Source of the DNA: Macrostomum lignano
Lineage: Eukaryota
Assembly (NCBI GenBank): GCA_002269645.1
Contig: NIVC01002699.1
Span: forward strand, 1-64,000
Length of the DNA: 64,000 nt
Reading direction: 5' to 3'
Below, piece after piece: positions 1-12,148 of the stretch. The notes under the pieces were generated by a model. It worked only from the letters and a program-made list of their open reading frames with translations. It had not been told where the DNA came from and searched no databases. Numbering within the stretch: the first letter of the stretch is position 1; every line of letters begins with the position of its first letter. The position numbers were made by a program, and so were the translations under genes.

Positions 1-480
1 CGCTTAACTTTGGTATTGAAATATTAATATTGACTATATTACAATATTTGCCAATATCCGTATCGCATGTAGTTTGCTTCCTAGCGGATTAATTCTTTTA
101 CAAATGCGATTTAATTTTATCGTTTAAACTACAATATAAATTTATAATAAGTACTACTAATTTTCTACGCAGCTAAGTAGTATAAATCAAAGCTAGTAGT
201 TGTAGTAAATATTCGAGTATTTAACGAAGTTAGTCGGACAGATTAATTTTTAAATCAATTGGTTATTTAATAATATAATAATTAAAGCTTATTTTGAACG
301 TTTCTTAGAAACCGTAACAGATCTACGTGTTTTATAACAATAATTTTATGAGTCAACTTTTAAATTGGCGCAACTCTAATTTTTTTGCGACTGCGTCAAT
401 AAAGTGCGTTTTATCAATTAAATTCTGTACGTCAATCAATCAGTATTTATGTCAATACTTTGTGTATATACTCGAGCGAG

Positions 481-1610
481 ATTAACGGTGAGATTTGGGT
501 GAGATTGACAGTGAGATTTGGATGAGATTGACAGTGATATTTATGTCACGTTAACAGTGAGATTTGGGTCAGATTGACAGTGAGATTTGGGTCAGATTGA
601 CAGTGAGATTTGGGAGTGAGATTGTCAGTGAGATTTGGGTCAGATTGACAGTGAGATTTGGGGAGTGAGATTGACAGTGAGATTTGGGTAAGATTGACAG
701 TGAGATTTGGGTGAGATTGACAGTGAGATTTGGGTCAGATTGACAGTGAGATTTGGGTCAGATTGACAGTGAGATTTGGGGAGTGAGATTGACAGTGAGA
801 TTTGGGTAAGATTGACAGTGAGATTTGGGTGAGATTGACAGTGAGATTTGGGTCAGATTGACAGTGAGATTTGGGTCAGATTGACAGTGAGATTTGGGTC
901 AGATTGACAGTGAGAGTTGGGGTGAGATTGACAGTGAGATTTTAGTAGAGATTGACAGTGAGATTTAGGTGAGATTGACAGTGAGTTTTACGTCACGTTG
1001 ACAGTGAGATTTGGGTCAGATTGACAGTGAGATTTGGGGAGTGAAATTTAGGGAGTGATTGCGAGTGAGATTTGGAGTGAAATTGACAGTGAGATTTTGA
1101 GTCAGATTGACAGTGAGATTTGGGTCAGATTGACAGTGAGATTTGGGTCAGATTGACAGTGAGATTTGGGGAGTGAGATTGACAGTCATATTTGGGTCAG
1201 ATTAACAGTGAGATTTGGGTCAGATTGACAGTGAAATTTGGAGTGAGAGTTGGGTTGAGATTGACAATGAGATTTGGGGAGTGAAATTTAGGGAGTGATT
1301 GCGAGTGAGATTTGGAGTGAAATTGACAGTGATTTTGAGTCAGATTGACAGTGAGATTTGGGTGAGATGGACAGTGAGATTTGGGTGAGATTGACAGTGA
1401 GATTTATGTCACGTTGACAGTGAGATTTATGTCACGTTGACAGTGAGATTTATGTCACGTTGACAGTGAGATTTGGGACAGACTGACAGTGAGATTTTGG
1501 GTGAGATTTGGGAGGGATGACAGTGAGATTTATGTCACGTTGACACTGAGATTTGGGTGAGATTGACAGTGAGATTTGGGGAGTGAGATTAACAGTGATA
1601 TGAAAAAGAT
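481..1610. repeat. Intronic minisatellite, ~23-bp unit GATTGACAGTGAGATTTGGGTCA (degenerate)
   Basis: Head-to-tail copies with point variants, upstream of the first visible SBF exon. Confidence 0.95.
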
Positions 1611-1729
1611 GAATAGCGAGATAGGGAGATGTCAAATTAAAATGTTACACACTCTGTACTCCTGAAGAGAGCAATTAATTATGTATAAAAATCTATAAAA
1701 ATCTCTCATCCCCACACTGCCCTCTACAG

Positions 1730-4700
1730 GCAGCAGGTCTCCGGCATCAATGGGCCCAGACTCTCGCCTGTCCAGCTCCAGTCTTGAGCCGGTTGTTGGC
1801 TCCGGCAGTCAAACAAAAATTCATCTATACATATTTACTGATCGATCGGCTGTTGCTAAGGTGCGTTGGCAAATTTTAAAAATATGATAGTCATTTTGAA
1901 TATGGATTACACAGTATGCTTCTGTCCGCGATCCAACTCAACTTGATCTGATCTCAATGTCTAATCTTGATTTTTTTGTTTAATCTCTGCAGTACCAGGA
2001 TTTAATCTCTCTAATCCAAATCTCTAATCTCTCCAATCCTACTCTCTAATCCGTTCAATCCCATCGTTTAATCTGCCCAATCCCAATCTATCTGATCTCT
2101 CTAAGCCCACTCTCTAATCCCCCCCAATCTCATTATCTAATCCTAATTTGAATCTCTAATCTCTCTTCTCACCTCACCTTCTCACCTCAATCCTTAATCC
2201 TGATATCTAATCCCTTCAATCCCATTATCTAATTTCCCCAGTCCATAGCTATCTAATCTAATCTCTCTATTCCCTATCTCTAATCTCTCTGATCCCACTC
2301 TCTAATCCCATTATCTGATCTCTCCAAACAGAATCCCGATTTCAAATCCGTAATCCTCCCCTCTATTTAAGCCAATAGCGCACTTGTTCTCTAGAATATC
2401 TGTCAGTGTTTTCCTCTACTATATTATTGTCATCAATGCTGCTGAACCCGCAGATCCGTGCTCACCGTATTGAAGGCGCGGAACTGGTACCAATAGACGA
2501 TTATCCAACAGCTCACGCAATTCGCGACTCGTACAAGCGTCTAATTAAAGTTTGCTTACCTGGCAAACCGTTACCGCTCTATTCGACCACCGGCGGGGCC
2601 GGCAAATCTAAGAAAAGCTTCCTACACGCCTTTGAAGACACCAAATGGTTGAGTTTAGTGCAATGCCTATTGGATTTAGCCGGCGCTGTTGTAAATCTTG
2701 TGGCTTGTCAGGCTCGCTCGGTTCTGTTGGCGCTGGAAGACGGCTGGGATTCCACCGCTGCCGTGCTGTCGCTGTCGCAGATCATGCTCGATCAGCACTA
2801 CCGAACTATTGCCGGTTTTCGATCTCTGTTGGAGAAGGACTGGCTGCTGTTTGGCCATCAGTTTGATGCCAGGTGGGAAAGTATTGGCATTGGCACTTCC
2901 GGTAGGGGATATCTGTTCTAGTTCTGATTCATGGAATAGCACTTTGTGGCTAAAATGACACTTCCGGTGGCTAGAGTGGCATAGAGTGTTGCTAGAATGT
3001 CCTTTCCGGTTGCTAGAATAGCACTTCCGGAGGCTAGTAGGGGCACTTCCGGTTGCTATAATGGTGCTTACATTATAGGCACTTTGTAGTCATTATATAG
3101 TCAAACTGTCACTTTGGTGGCTAGAATGGCGCTTCCGGTAGTTAAAATGGCACTTCGGTGGTTAGAATGGCCCTTCCGGTTGTTAGAATGGCACTTCCGG
3201 TTGTTAAAATGCCACTTTGATGGTTAGAATAACCCTTTCGGTTGCTAGAATAGCCCTTCCGGTTGCTAGAATAGCCCTTCTGGTTGCTAGAATGGCCCTT
3301 CCGGTTGCTAGAATGGCCCTTCCGGTTGCTAGAATGGCCCTTCCGGTTGCTAGAATGGCACTTCCGGTTGCTAGAATAGCCCTTCCGGTTGCTAGAATGG
3401 CACTTCCGGTTGCTAGAATAGCCCTTCCGGTTGCTAGAATGGCACTTCCGGTTGCTAGAATGGCCCTCCCGGTTGCTAGAATAGCCCTTCCGGTTGCTAG
3501 AATGGCACTTCCGGTTGCTAGAATGGCCCTTTCGGTTGCTAGAATAGCCCTCCCGGTTGCTAGAATGGCACTTCCGGTTGCTAGAAGAGCCCTTCCGGTT
3601 GCTAGAATAGCCCTTCCGGTTGCTAGAATAGCCCTTCCGGTTGCTAGATTAGCCCTTCCGGTTGCTAGAATAGCCCTTCTGGTTGCTAGAATAGCCCTTC
3701 CGGTTGCTAGAATGGCCCTTTCGGTTGCTAGAATGGCACTTCCGGTTGCTAGAATAGCCCTTCCGGTTGCTAGAATAGCACTTCGGTGGTTAGAATAGCC
3801 CTTTTGGTTGCTAGAATTTCACTTCGGTGGTTAAAATAGCCCTTCCGGTTGCTAGAATGGCGCTTCCGGTTATTAAAATGGCACTTCGGTGGTTAGAATA
3901 GCCCTTCCGGTTGCTAGAATGGCGCTTGCGGTGGCTGAATGGGCACCTTAGCTAGCTACGTAGGCGCATATCAGGTAGCTAAGTATTTGCGGGCATTTGA
4001 GTAGCTAAATAGGCTATTCCGGTAGCTACATAGGTACTTCCGTTAAATAAAAGATAATTTCTTTTCTTTGCTTCAGATTTGGCCGATTAAAAGGCCCCGA
4101 GAGCGGCCACTTCGCGCCCGTATTTCTCCTATTCCTAGACTCCGTCCACCAGCTGCTTCATCAGTTCCCGTTGTCGTTTGAATTCAATCAGCACTTCCTG
4201 CTTACTTTGGCCTATCACACTGTCGGCTGCAGATTTGCAAACTTTCTAGGAAATTGCGAACTCGATAGGCTCTATGCGGATATTGGTAGCGCAGATTTTT
4301 GGGCTTATTTAGACACGCAAATGGCAGTATCTACTGCATATCTAAATCTTGCCTACGCTCCCGAAATGGCTGCGGCTGCTGCTGGCGAAGGCTCGGCTAA
4401 TCGGCAAAGTAGAAAACAAAATAAACAGCAGAGACTGACAGCTGTGCTGCGACCTGTGACTGCTCAGGCCCTGCTTCAACGGTATACAAATGCAATTTCT
4501 GAAATCACAGATAAGGAATAGCCAATAGAATAACACCAGCCCCGCACAGCCAATAGAATCACGCCAGCTCCAACAGCCAATAGAATCGCACAGCCATAGA
4601 ATCACGCCACACCCGTACAGCCAATAGAATCACGCCAGCACCGCACAGCCAATAGAATCACGCCAGCTCCTAACAGCCAATAGAATCACGCCACCCCCGT

Positions 4701-6135
4701 ACAGCCAATAGAATCACGCCAGCACCGCACAGCCAATAGAATCACGCCATCTCCTAACAGCCAATAGAATCACGCCAAACGTGAATGGATTCCTTGTTTT
4801 TTTCACAAATCCAGATGGACCTATTTTACTCGCGAAGAGGCCGCCTACGGTGCAAGCGCAGACCCAGATCTGTACAGCCAGGAGCGTCGCTGGCACCTGG
4901 CCGCCACCGAAGCCAAATCAGCTTCGTCAATGAAAGACGCCGCCGCCGTAGCAGCCGAAGCGGCCGCAGCTGCCGAACAGCAATTGGATCGTCAACAGCA
5001 ACAGCAACAGGCCGTCGATGAAGAGGTCGAACTAGGATACAACTACTATGCCGACGGTGCATCCAAGCTGGGCTCCGCTATTGAAGAGCTGGCCGCCATC
5101 AATGGTATCGACTGTCTAGACGTTTGGCATCGACTGCATCGTAAGGCGACGTCGATTCGTCTACGGCACCAACGACGAAGACGTCGACAAAATAGTCCGT
5201 CGGCGTTAATTGCCGTAGGCGGCGCCGACGGCGGAGACGCAAACGCGGCAGCGGCGGCAATCGCTGCCAAGCGGTGGCACATCGACCAGAGTCGGCAACT
5301 GCTCTCACGAGCACTGTTGAACACCTCTGCAGCTGCAACGCCGGTGACATCAACGGCGGCCAGCACAACAACAGCGGCAGGGATGGCAGCATCGGTGGTG
5401 TCAGGACCAACCCCGCCAGTTCGTCCTCCGCCGCCGCAGATTTCGACTCCTTCAGCACCGGAACCGACCAGAACTTCACCCGAAGATGTCGAATCTGCCG
5501 CCTCCCCGTTTGTGGCTACTCCGCAGCGACCGCCGATTCGTCCGCCGCCGCCTAAACGACCGGCGTCGACAATGTCAACAATGCAGCTTTCTACGAAACC
5601 GACGCTGGGGTCTGGCAGTCTCGAAGCGACGCTGCACAAGCAGGGAAAGCTGCTCAAACAGTGGGCGCCTAGGCAGTTCGTTCTCGATCCGGTGCGTCAT
5701 CAACTGCGCTATTGGGACGCTCATCGTGACCCGTCGGGCAGCCGGGCGTCCGAACTCAGCCTGGCCGAGTTGCACTCTGTCCGACTGTCCGGCCGCGCTC
5801 CGGCCGGCGCGCCGAGCAAAGTGCCGGAGGCGGCCTTCTTTGAATTGGTGAAATCTAATCAACGAGTGATTCGATTGTACGCTAATACGCCTAAGCTAGC
5901 CACTGAATGGGTGAGTCGTATTTTAATTGATTATTATTTAGTTTAACCTTAATTTTTTTAAGTTTAGGTAACCAGTCTACTGTAAGTAGAAATATTGACA
6001 TTTTTATTTCGTTTCTGAATTTGCATAACGTCGGTAGGAATATAAATATTGAACTGTATTTGCACTGTTTACCTGCAAATTAACTTAAAATAAAATTTGC
6101 AGGTCGAGAAACTCAGCTCAGCAATCAGCCAGTAG
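1730..6135 (+). CDS. SBF2: 3' part of a SET-binding factor / myotubularin-related pseudophosphatase (MTMR5/MTMR13 family) with C-terminal PH domain. Exons 1730-1860, 2454-2872, 4077-4481, 4815-5910, 6103-6135; 5' exons lie upstream of the window
   Basis: All GT-AG junctions are phase-consistent. The spliced protein has LYIFTDRS, SVLLALEDGWDST (dead-phosphatase version of HCSDGWDRT, as in SBF1/2), YRTIAGFRSLLEKDWLLFGHQF, FAPVFLLFLDSVHQ, FEFN, and the PH domain LHKQGKLLKQWAPRQFVLD...HQLRYWD...AFFEL...ATEWVEKL. SBF1 versus SBF2 cannot be resolved (probably a single invertebrate Sbf gene). Confidence 0.93.
1995..2365. repeat. Degenerate pyrimidine-rich AATCTC/AATCCC low-complexity repeat in an SBF intron
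   Basis: Recurrent ctaatc/aatctct/aatccc motifs. Confidence 0.7.
2955..3960. repeat. 21-bp minisatellite CTTCCGGTTGCTAGAATRGCM in an SBF intron
   Basis: Directly visible tandem units; explains the VARMALP pseudo-ORF 3217-3798. Confidence 0.97.
4520..4778. repeat. ~28-30-bp minisatellite CAGCCAATAGAATCACGCCA... in an SBF intron
   Basis: Repeated cagccaatagaatc core between exon ends 4481 and 4815. Confidence 0.93.
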
Positions 6136-8018
6136 TGTCACTTTTGTCTACATCTCGGCTGTTTTGAAAGGAAAAATCGAAGAGGCCTATTTTTGGGAAC
6201 AGCAAACCCTACAACTACTTTATTTTCATGGTCACTTTGTTGACTTTTTATGAGCTAGACTGATTAGTGATTACTCTTAACAGTAGTATATAAGTCGAAA
6301 TATTAATTCGTTCTATCTCTACCCCATGATTGTTTATAGCTGCAAACCCGAGGAACTTGAAATGGCTTGTCACTACACATATTAAGATTAAGAAGCTGGC
6401 GAATTCATTTGATCCTTTTGTGCGCTGATTTTTTATACGATTTTTAATCATTATCGCCTAAATGCTTGATGTTGGTGCTAATTAATCAAGGTGTTTGCAA
6501 GGGGAGGGGGAACTTGCTAGACGAAGTGGGCCAAACTCTGTCTGTTCATATTAGATTGAAAAATATTTTGTACAAGTAAATTGTATGTGGAATAATTAAA
6601 TATTCGAATTATGTTTACTAGTGTCCTTATTGCTTCTGGCTTTCCCGCAACACACGTTTTACCAGATTTTTGTATGAACGTCTCTCAGCCTGCTTTTCCC
6701 GTGTATTATATTTATTAATTATGAAAAATTGCACAACATACTACTACTGCTGCTACTGAGTAATTTTATAAGCTTATTTGCCTTTTTTCGCGACAGAATT
6801 TACTATATATAATTTTCTGAATATTGCTGAGACAAGGTGACAATGATAATTATGATTAACTCTGAGCACAAGTCACGTGACAGCTGTTTCGTCAAATGAC
6901 AACACGCCAGCACAGACTTATTATCATATTACTGATGATAGTAGTAATATTGGTTGTTGCATATGCTACGTGCGATTTTTTCAGCCAATAAGAAGAGATA
7001 AGATAAGGGGGCAGGGGTTGATGACAAACGTCTCTTTCAGTGTACATAGGCTGTAGTGAAATTTCTAGAAAGCCCACGAGGTGGCCGCATGATTCTATTT
7101 GGCTATGCCGTGGCTCGCCCATGCCTGACCTACAATTCAGAGAGAAAAAGTTTGGGAATCCCGTCAAAAATCGATTTTTTGTTTCTAAAAATAGTCGCAG
7201 CTGGAAAATAATCTAATGGATCGCGCAGTTATATTTTCTTAATTAACAAGTATACATATTTTATTATGCGATACGCTAGTGATAAGCATTATTAAAAAAT
7301 AACCGTTATCATTCTTTGAGCTCGCCTTTAAACTCGCCTTAGAAGAGAATAATCGTTAGAAATATACCCTGCTTGCCACGTATGCTGTCTAATAATTATA
7401 TATAACAAATCTACAAATGCATTAATGCTGAAAGTATAGTCTCGTTTGTTTTATTTGTTATTTTTTGTCAGCTTTTATTCTATAATTTAATAAAAACTGC
7501 GTGTTACACTGCGTTGATAAACCAATTAAATAATTTGAAGTGGGCTTCAATTTTTACATTATAACAAAATTATATTTTTATAAAAATGTTTTATCGCAAA
7601 GCTTTTATTGCACTATATGTAGCCGCTTACAATCTTGTTTTCACGAATAGATTCTGACAGACAATACACTGGCGCTTGCAAAACATCAAATATAGATTTG
7701 AGTATGACTATTTATAGTTCTGCCCAATTTCAGCGTTGCGACTTATCAGTCTTTCTCGTCTTTTTTTTACATGAAAAAAAATAGTTAATATTCGCGATAT
7801 AATCTACTCGCTAACCTAGAAAACTAAAGAGTAATTCAAGAAAAATTGAAATTATATATCAATAGCTTGTGATTATTGTTAATCGAAAGTCTCGCTGACT
7901 TTGATGTTTTATTTACTAAAAACGCATGCTTTTCTACTTTTAGAAGTATGAATAGACGCATCGTAGAATCTTTTTTTACCCCACGTCTTTCATTTCTGCT
8001 TAGCTATTTGACAACAGA

Positions 8019-11000
8019 ATGTCAGGCAAGAAAAGTCGGCTTGCTCCGTTGAACTTTCAATTGCTTGAATTGCAGAACTCACTTAATGATGTAGCTATTG
8101 ATTCGCCTGATGTGCAGCAGGTGGATTGCGAGGTAAGAATTGCTGTATCTAAATGTACACCGGCAAATTAGCTTTCAATTATTTGGTTGAAGAACCAGCC
8201 AATCAGCTTCAAATTAATAGGTTGAGGAACCAGTCAATCAGCTTCAATTTAATGAGTTCAGAAACCAGCAAATCAGCTTCAATTTAATGGGTTGAGGAAC
8301 CAGCCAATCAGCTTCAATTTAACGGGTTGAGGAACCAGCCAATCAGCTTCAATTTAACGGGTTGAGGAACCAGCCAATCAGCTTCAATTTAATAGGTTGA
8401 GGAACCAGCCAATCAGTTTCAATTTAATAGGTTGAGGAACCAGCCAATCAGCTTCAATTTAACAGGTTGAGGAACCAGCCAATCAGCTTCAATTTAACTG
8501 GTTGAGGAACCAGCCAATCAGCTTCAATTTAATAGGTTGAGGAACCAGCCAATCAGCTTCAATTTAATAGGTTGAGGAACCAGCCAATCAGCTTCAATTT
8601 AATAGGTTGAGGAACCAGCCAATCAGCTTCAATTTAATAGGTTGAGGAACCAGCCAATCAGCTTCAATTTAATAGGTTGAGGAACCAGCCAATCAGCTTC
8701 AATTTAATAGTTTGAGGAACCAGCCAATCAGCTTCAATTTAATAGGTTGAGGAACCAGCCAATCAGCTTCAATTTAATAGGTTGAGGAACCAGCCAATCA
8801 GCTTCAATTTAATAGGTTGAGGAACCAGCCAATCAGCTTCAATTTAATAGTTTGAGGAACCAGCCAATCAGCTTCAATTTAATAGGTAGAGGAACCAGCC
8901 AATCAGCTTCAATTTAATAGGTAGAGGAACCAGCTAATCAGTTTCAATTTAATAGGTTGAGGAACCAGCCAATCAGCTTCAATTTAATAGGTTGAGGAAC
9001 CAGCCAATCAGCTTCAATTTAATAGGTTGAGGAACCAGCCAATCAGCTTCAATTTAATAGGTTGAGGAACCAGCCAATCAGCTTCAATTTAATAGGTAGA
9101 GGAACCAGCCAATCAGCTTCAATTTAATAGGTAGAGGAACCAGCCAATCAGCTTCAATTTAATAGGTTGAGGAACCAGCCAATCAGCTTCAATTTAATAG
9201 GTTGAGGAACCAGCCAATCAGCTTCAATTTAATAGGTAGAGGAACCAGCCAATCAGCTTCAATTTAATAGGTAGAGGAACCAGCCAATCAGTTTCAATTT
9301 AATGGGTTGAGGAACCCATTAAAAGTTAAGGGAAGCAGCTAATAATCAGTTTGAAGTACTGCCGCTTAAGTTGGTAGAAGTCTTGGAATAGTAGGACGTA
9401 TTTAACTAGCAATGCATGTGCATACCGATTCTTCATAGGCTGTCTCTAATCAAGCCGCAACGTTGCAACTGCCGCCAGAAGTTTGGCATCGAATCTTCAG
9501 TCATGTACTATTCAGCTGTTGTCATCAGCTGCCGCGCCCTCAGCCTCAGGAGTTGCAGCGTCTTCGTTTAGTATCTACCGACTGGTGCCATCTAATAGAT
9601 TTTACTATTGCTAGTCAGAGTGAGCTGTGGTGGCCTTCGGTTGCCAAGGCAACGTTACCAAGGCCTCAGTGTCTGCATCAAATCGATTGTCGTGAGGCTG
9701 CACCAGAGTCTACTCTCGAACCATCGTCTTCCTTGGCCAGATTAATGCTACGCAGTCACCGTTTAGCTCAACGTTGCCACCCGGTTGCCATGGCGACAAC
9801 TAGCTACGTGCACGATCTAGTAGCCATACCTGGCGTTAATCGGCCAATCACGGGACTGGAATTGTTCGGCAGGTATCAGGTTGTGCTGGCCGCCTGTTTA
9901 GCCGATTATCGAGGCCGATTGTTCGCAGGCGCGGCTTCGGATCCTTGCGCTGCTGACTCGCCAGTTGAGCTCTTTGATGTTGCCGCCTTTTCGCCCGGGT
10001 GTCGGACTAAATTGGCCACGGGCACGAGGGCAATTCGACTGCCGGCAGAGGGTCGACAGTTTCTCGTGGCTGTGCTGGAGGCCTCGCTAACTGAGAGTCG
10101 ATTAGATCTGATTCGAGTTCGGTTGAACAATTTCCAAGCCAAGATGGAGCTGTCAAGGAGTCTGGGCTACGTGGCCCGGGCTTGGGATCTCGTTGATTGG
10201 CAACGACTGGTCGCCTGCTCGGCTGAAAGGCTCTACTGCTACCGGCTGGTGTACAGAGATGGCGGCGATAATGCTGATTGGCCAGGGACTGCGGTTGTTG
10301 ATCTTGAGGTCTGTTTTACACCTGTCTGTGCAGCACCTGTGACTGTCTGTTCTGCACCTGTGACTGTCTTTTATGTACCTGTGACTTTCTGTTCCGCACC
10401 TGTGACTGTTTGAGCGGTCCCTGTTTCTCCATCCGCCTTTTAGTTATATATGCAATTATAATTCCATAATAAACCACCCGCAGGTGGCCTGGCACACTCT
10501 AATTGAAGGTGTCAGCCTTCCCAGCACCTGCCAGATAGACTCGGATGCTCTGCAATGGCACCTAGTAACCAGCGGCTCCTCACAGCTTATCGTCCTCATC
10601 ACGCAGGATCTGCAGAACCGAGTCTGGCGCCTACCGACTCATCGACAGCTGACCGCTCCGGCGCGCCTTACGCCTCGATTTGGCGCCGCTTTGGCTGAAA
10701 CCCGAGCTCGGTGGCCGAAAATTCGCCTATTGTCCGGCTGTTTGGCTTCGCCGTTCTGTTTACTTTTAGTAACGGATTGGAGACGACCTGCCGTATTGGC
10801 TATCGACCTGTCCACGGACACTAATGGGGACATTTCTTGTAGGGAGCTGCCAGTTTCTCACCTGTCTCCTGGAGAGTTTTGCACCGCTGTGGCCGCCTAC
10901 GATGGCAATTGCGGCTGTTGCAGCCTGGTTGCTATGGGATTTTCTACGTCAAGGATTCGAGTTTACTCTGTTCGACAGGTGAGGGATTTTTTCGGTTTTT

Positions 11001-11728
11001 TTACTTTGTACATTGCTTGAGGAGTGTATACGTCTGTCCGAGGGCTCACGGTTGGGATCTCTTAGTCTGAGGGCTCACGGTTGGGATCTCTTAGTCTGAG
11101 GGCTCACGGTTGGGATCTCTTAGTCTAACAGCTCACGGTCGGGATCTCTTAGTCTAACAGCTCACGGTCAGGATCTCTTAGTCTAACAGCTCACGGTCGG
11201 GATCTCTAGTCTGGTATCTTACGTTTGGGATTTCTATTGTGAGATCTCATGGCTCGGATCTATTAGTCTGAGATCTCACGATCCGGATCTCCTGTTCACT
11301 CAGACTCAGACATCACATGTTCAGTTCTCTTCTCTAGTGCGACACCCCAATCCCATGTTGGGTTAGATTGATCCCAGTAACTACAGAGACCCAGAATCTA
11401 TCTATGCAAATATAAATCGAAAAATTATATTAGCTATAGGTTTTCCATCTTCGAATTTCTTCGGCAGGCCACCTACACTGCGGGGTCAAAGTCACCGCCT
11501 ACCTCCGTATCGGACATTGGCGCTGCTCTGTTGCTAGGCAACGAGTCAGTTATCGTCACCTTAACGGTAACCGATAGTGCCCAACCTATCAGCCTATTGC
11601 GAATCGAGCTGACGCCTGATGATGTCGATGAATCAGCCTCTACTGCTCACGGCACCCTGAGCATTGCTGCTTGCACAGCTGGCAGTCCCTACTGTCATCT
11701 GTACCGCATCAGGATGGCGGCCAGTTGA
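8019..11728 (+). CDS. F-box domain protein (~579 aa) with a probable beta-rich C-terminal substrate-binding region. Exons 8019-8132, 9439-10308, 10484-10978, 11468-11728
   Basis: ATG at 8019 and all three introns are phase 0 (GAG|GTAAGA, TAG|GCT; GAG|GTCTGT, CAG|GTG; CAG|GTGAGG, CAG|GCC). F-box-like motif LPPEVWHRIFSHV...LRLVSTDWCHLI. The C-terminal fold is inferred only. Confidence 0.75.
8190..9316. repeat. 35-bp minisatellite GTTGAGGAACCAGCCAATCAGCTTCAATTTAATAG (~32 copies) in F-box intron 1
   Basis: Near-identical head-to-tail units with no spacers. Confidence 0.98.
11039..11210. repeat. 29-bp minisatellite AGGGCTCACGGTTGGGATCTCTTAGTCTG in F-box intron 3
   Basis: About 6 tandem units that decay rightwards. 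Confidence 0.9.
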
Positions 11729-11859
11729 GATCAATCATTAAATTAGCCATTATTTTACTGATTTAATAAGTCGACTAGCATTTTATAGTCCTGTAGTTAT
11801 AGTAAGTAGTTTGTTTCTATAACGAAATTACATTTATTTGAGATCCCAGTGTTTAAATA

Positions 11860-12148
11860 TACTCAACAACATTAAAAAGTCGCCACCTTTGAGAGAGTGC
11901 GCAGTAAATTCTAGCTCAGTATTTATTGAGTTTTGAGTGACCCAACTTGCGCCACGCGACGCGGAGTTGGGCTGGGTGAGGAGGGATGAGGGCGAAGATT
12001 GGATAGATTGAAGCTTCCGCCCGGTTTTCATTGTTTTTTCAAGCATTTTTTCATCAAAATATAGATGGTTGGCCAGGTGAAAGACGCTGGTCGTAATACG
12101 CTGCTAACTGGAGCAAAAGGTGGCGACTTTTCAATGTTGAGCTGAGTA
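11860..12148. mobile_element. ~290-bp MITE with ~30-bp imperfect terminal inverted repeats and TA target-site duplication
   Basis: Left end TA|TACTCAACAACATTAAAAAGTCGCCACCTTT; right end AAAGGTGGCGACTTTTCAATGTTGAGCTGAGTA|TA. A perfect 16-bp inverted core lies at 11875-11890 / 12116-12131. No coding capacity. Confidence 0.8.

Noticed and set aside
3217-3798. 193-aa VARMALP-repeat ORF
   Set aside because: It is the translation of a 21-bp intronic satellite lying between two well-supported SBF exons.
4826-5862. Overlapping antisense and alternate-frame ORFs over the large SBF exon (similar ones at 12999-13481, 52444-53032 and 56354-56847)
   Set aside because: These are shadows of GC-rich coding exons with no independent motifs.
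8190-9316. 35-bp (and 36-bp at 47600-48990) direct repeats of CRISPR-like length
   Set aside because: The units are head-to-tail with no unique spacers, there are no cas genes, and the context is a eukaryotic intron.
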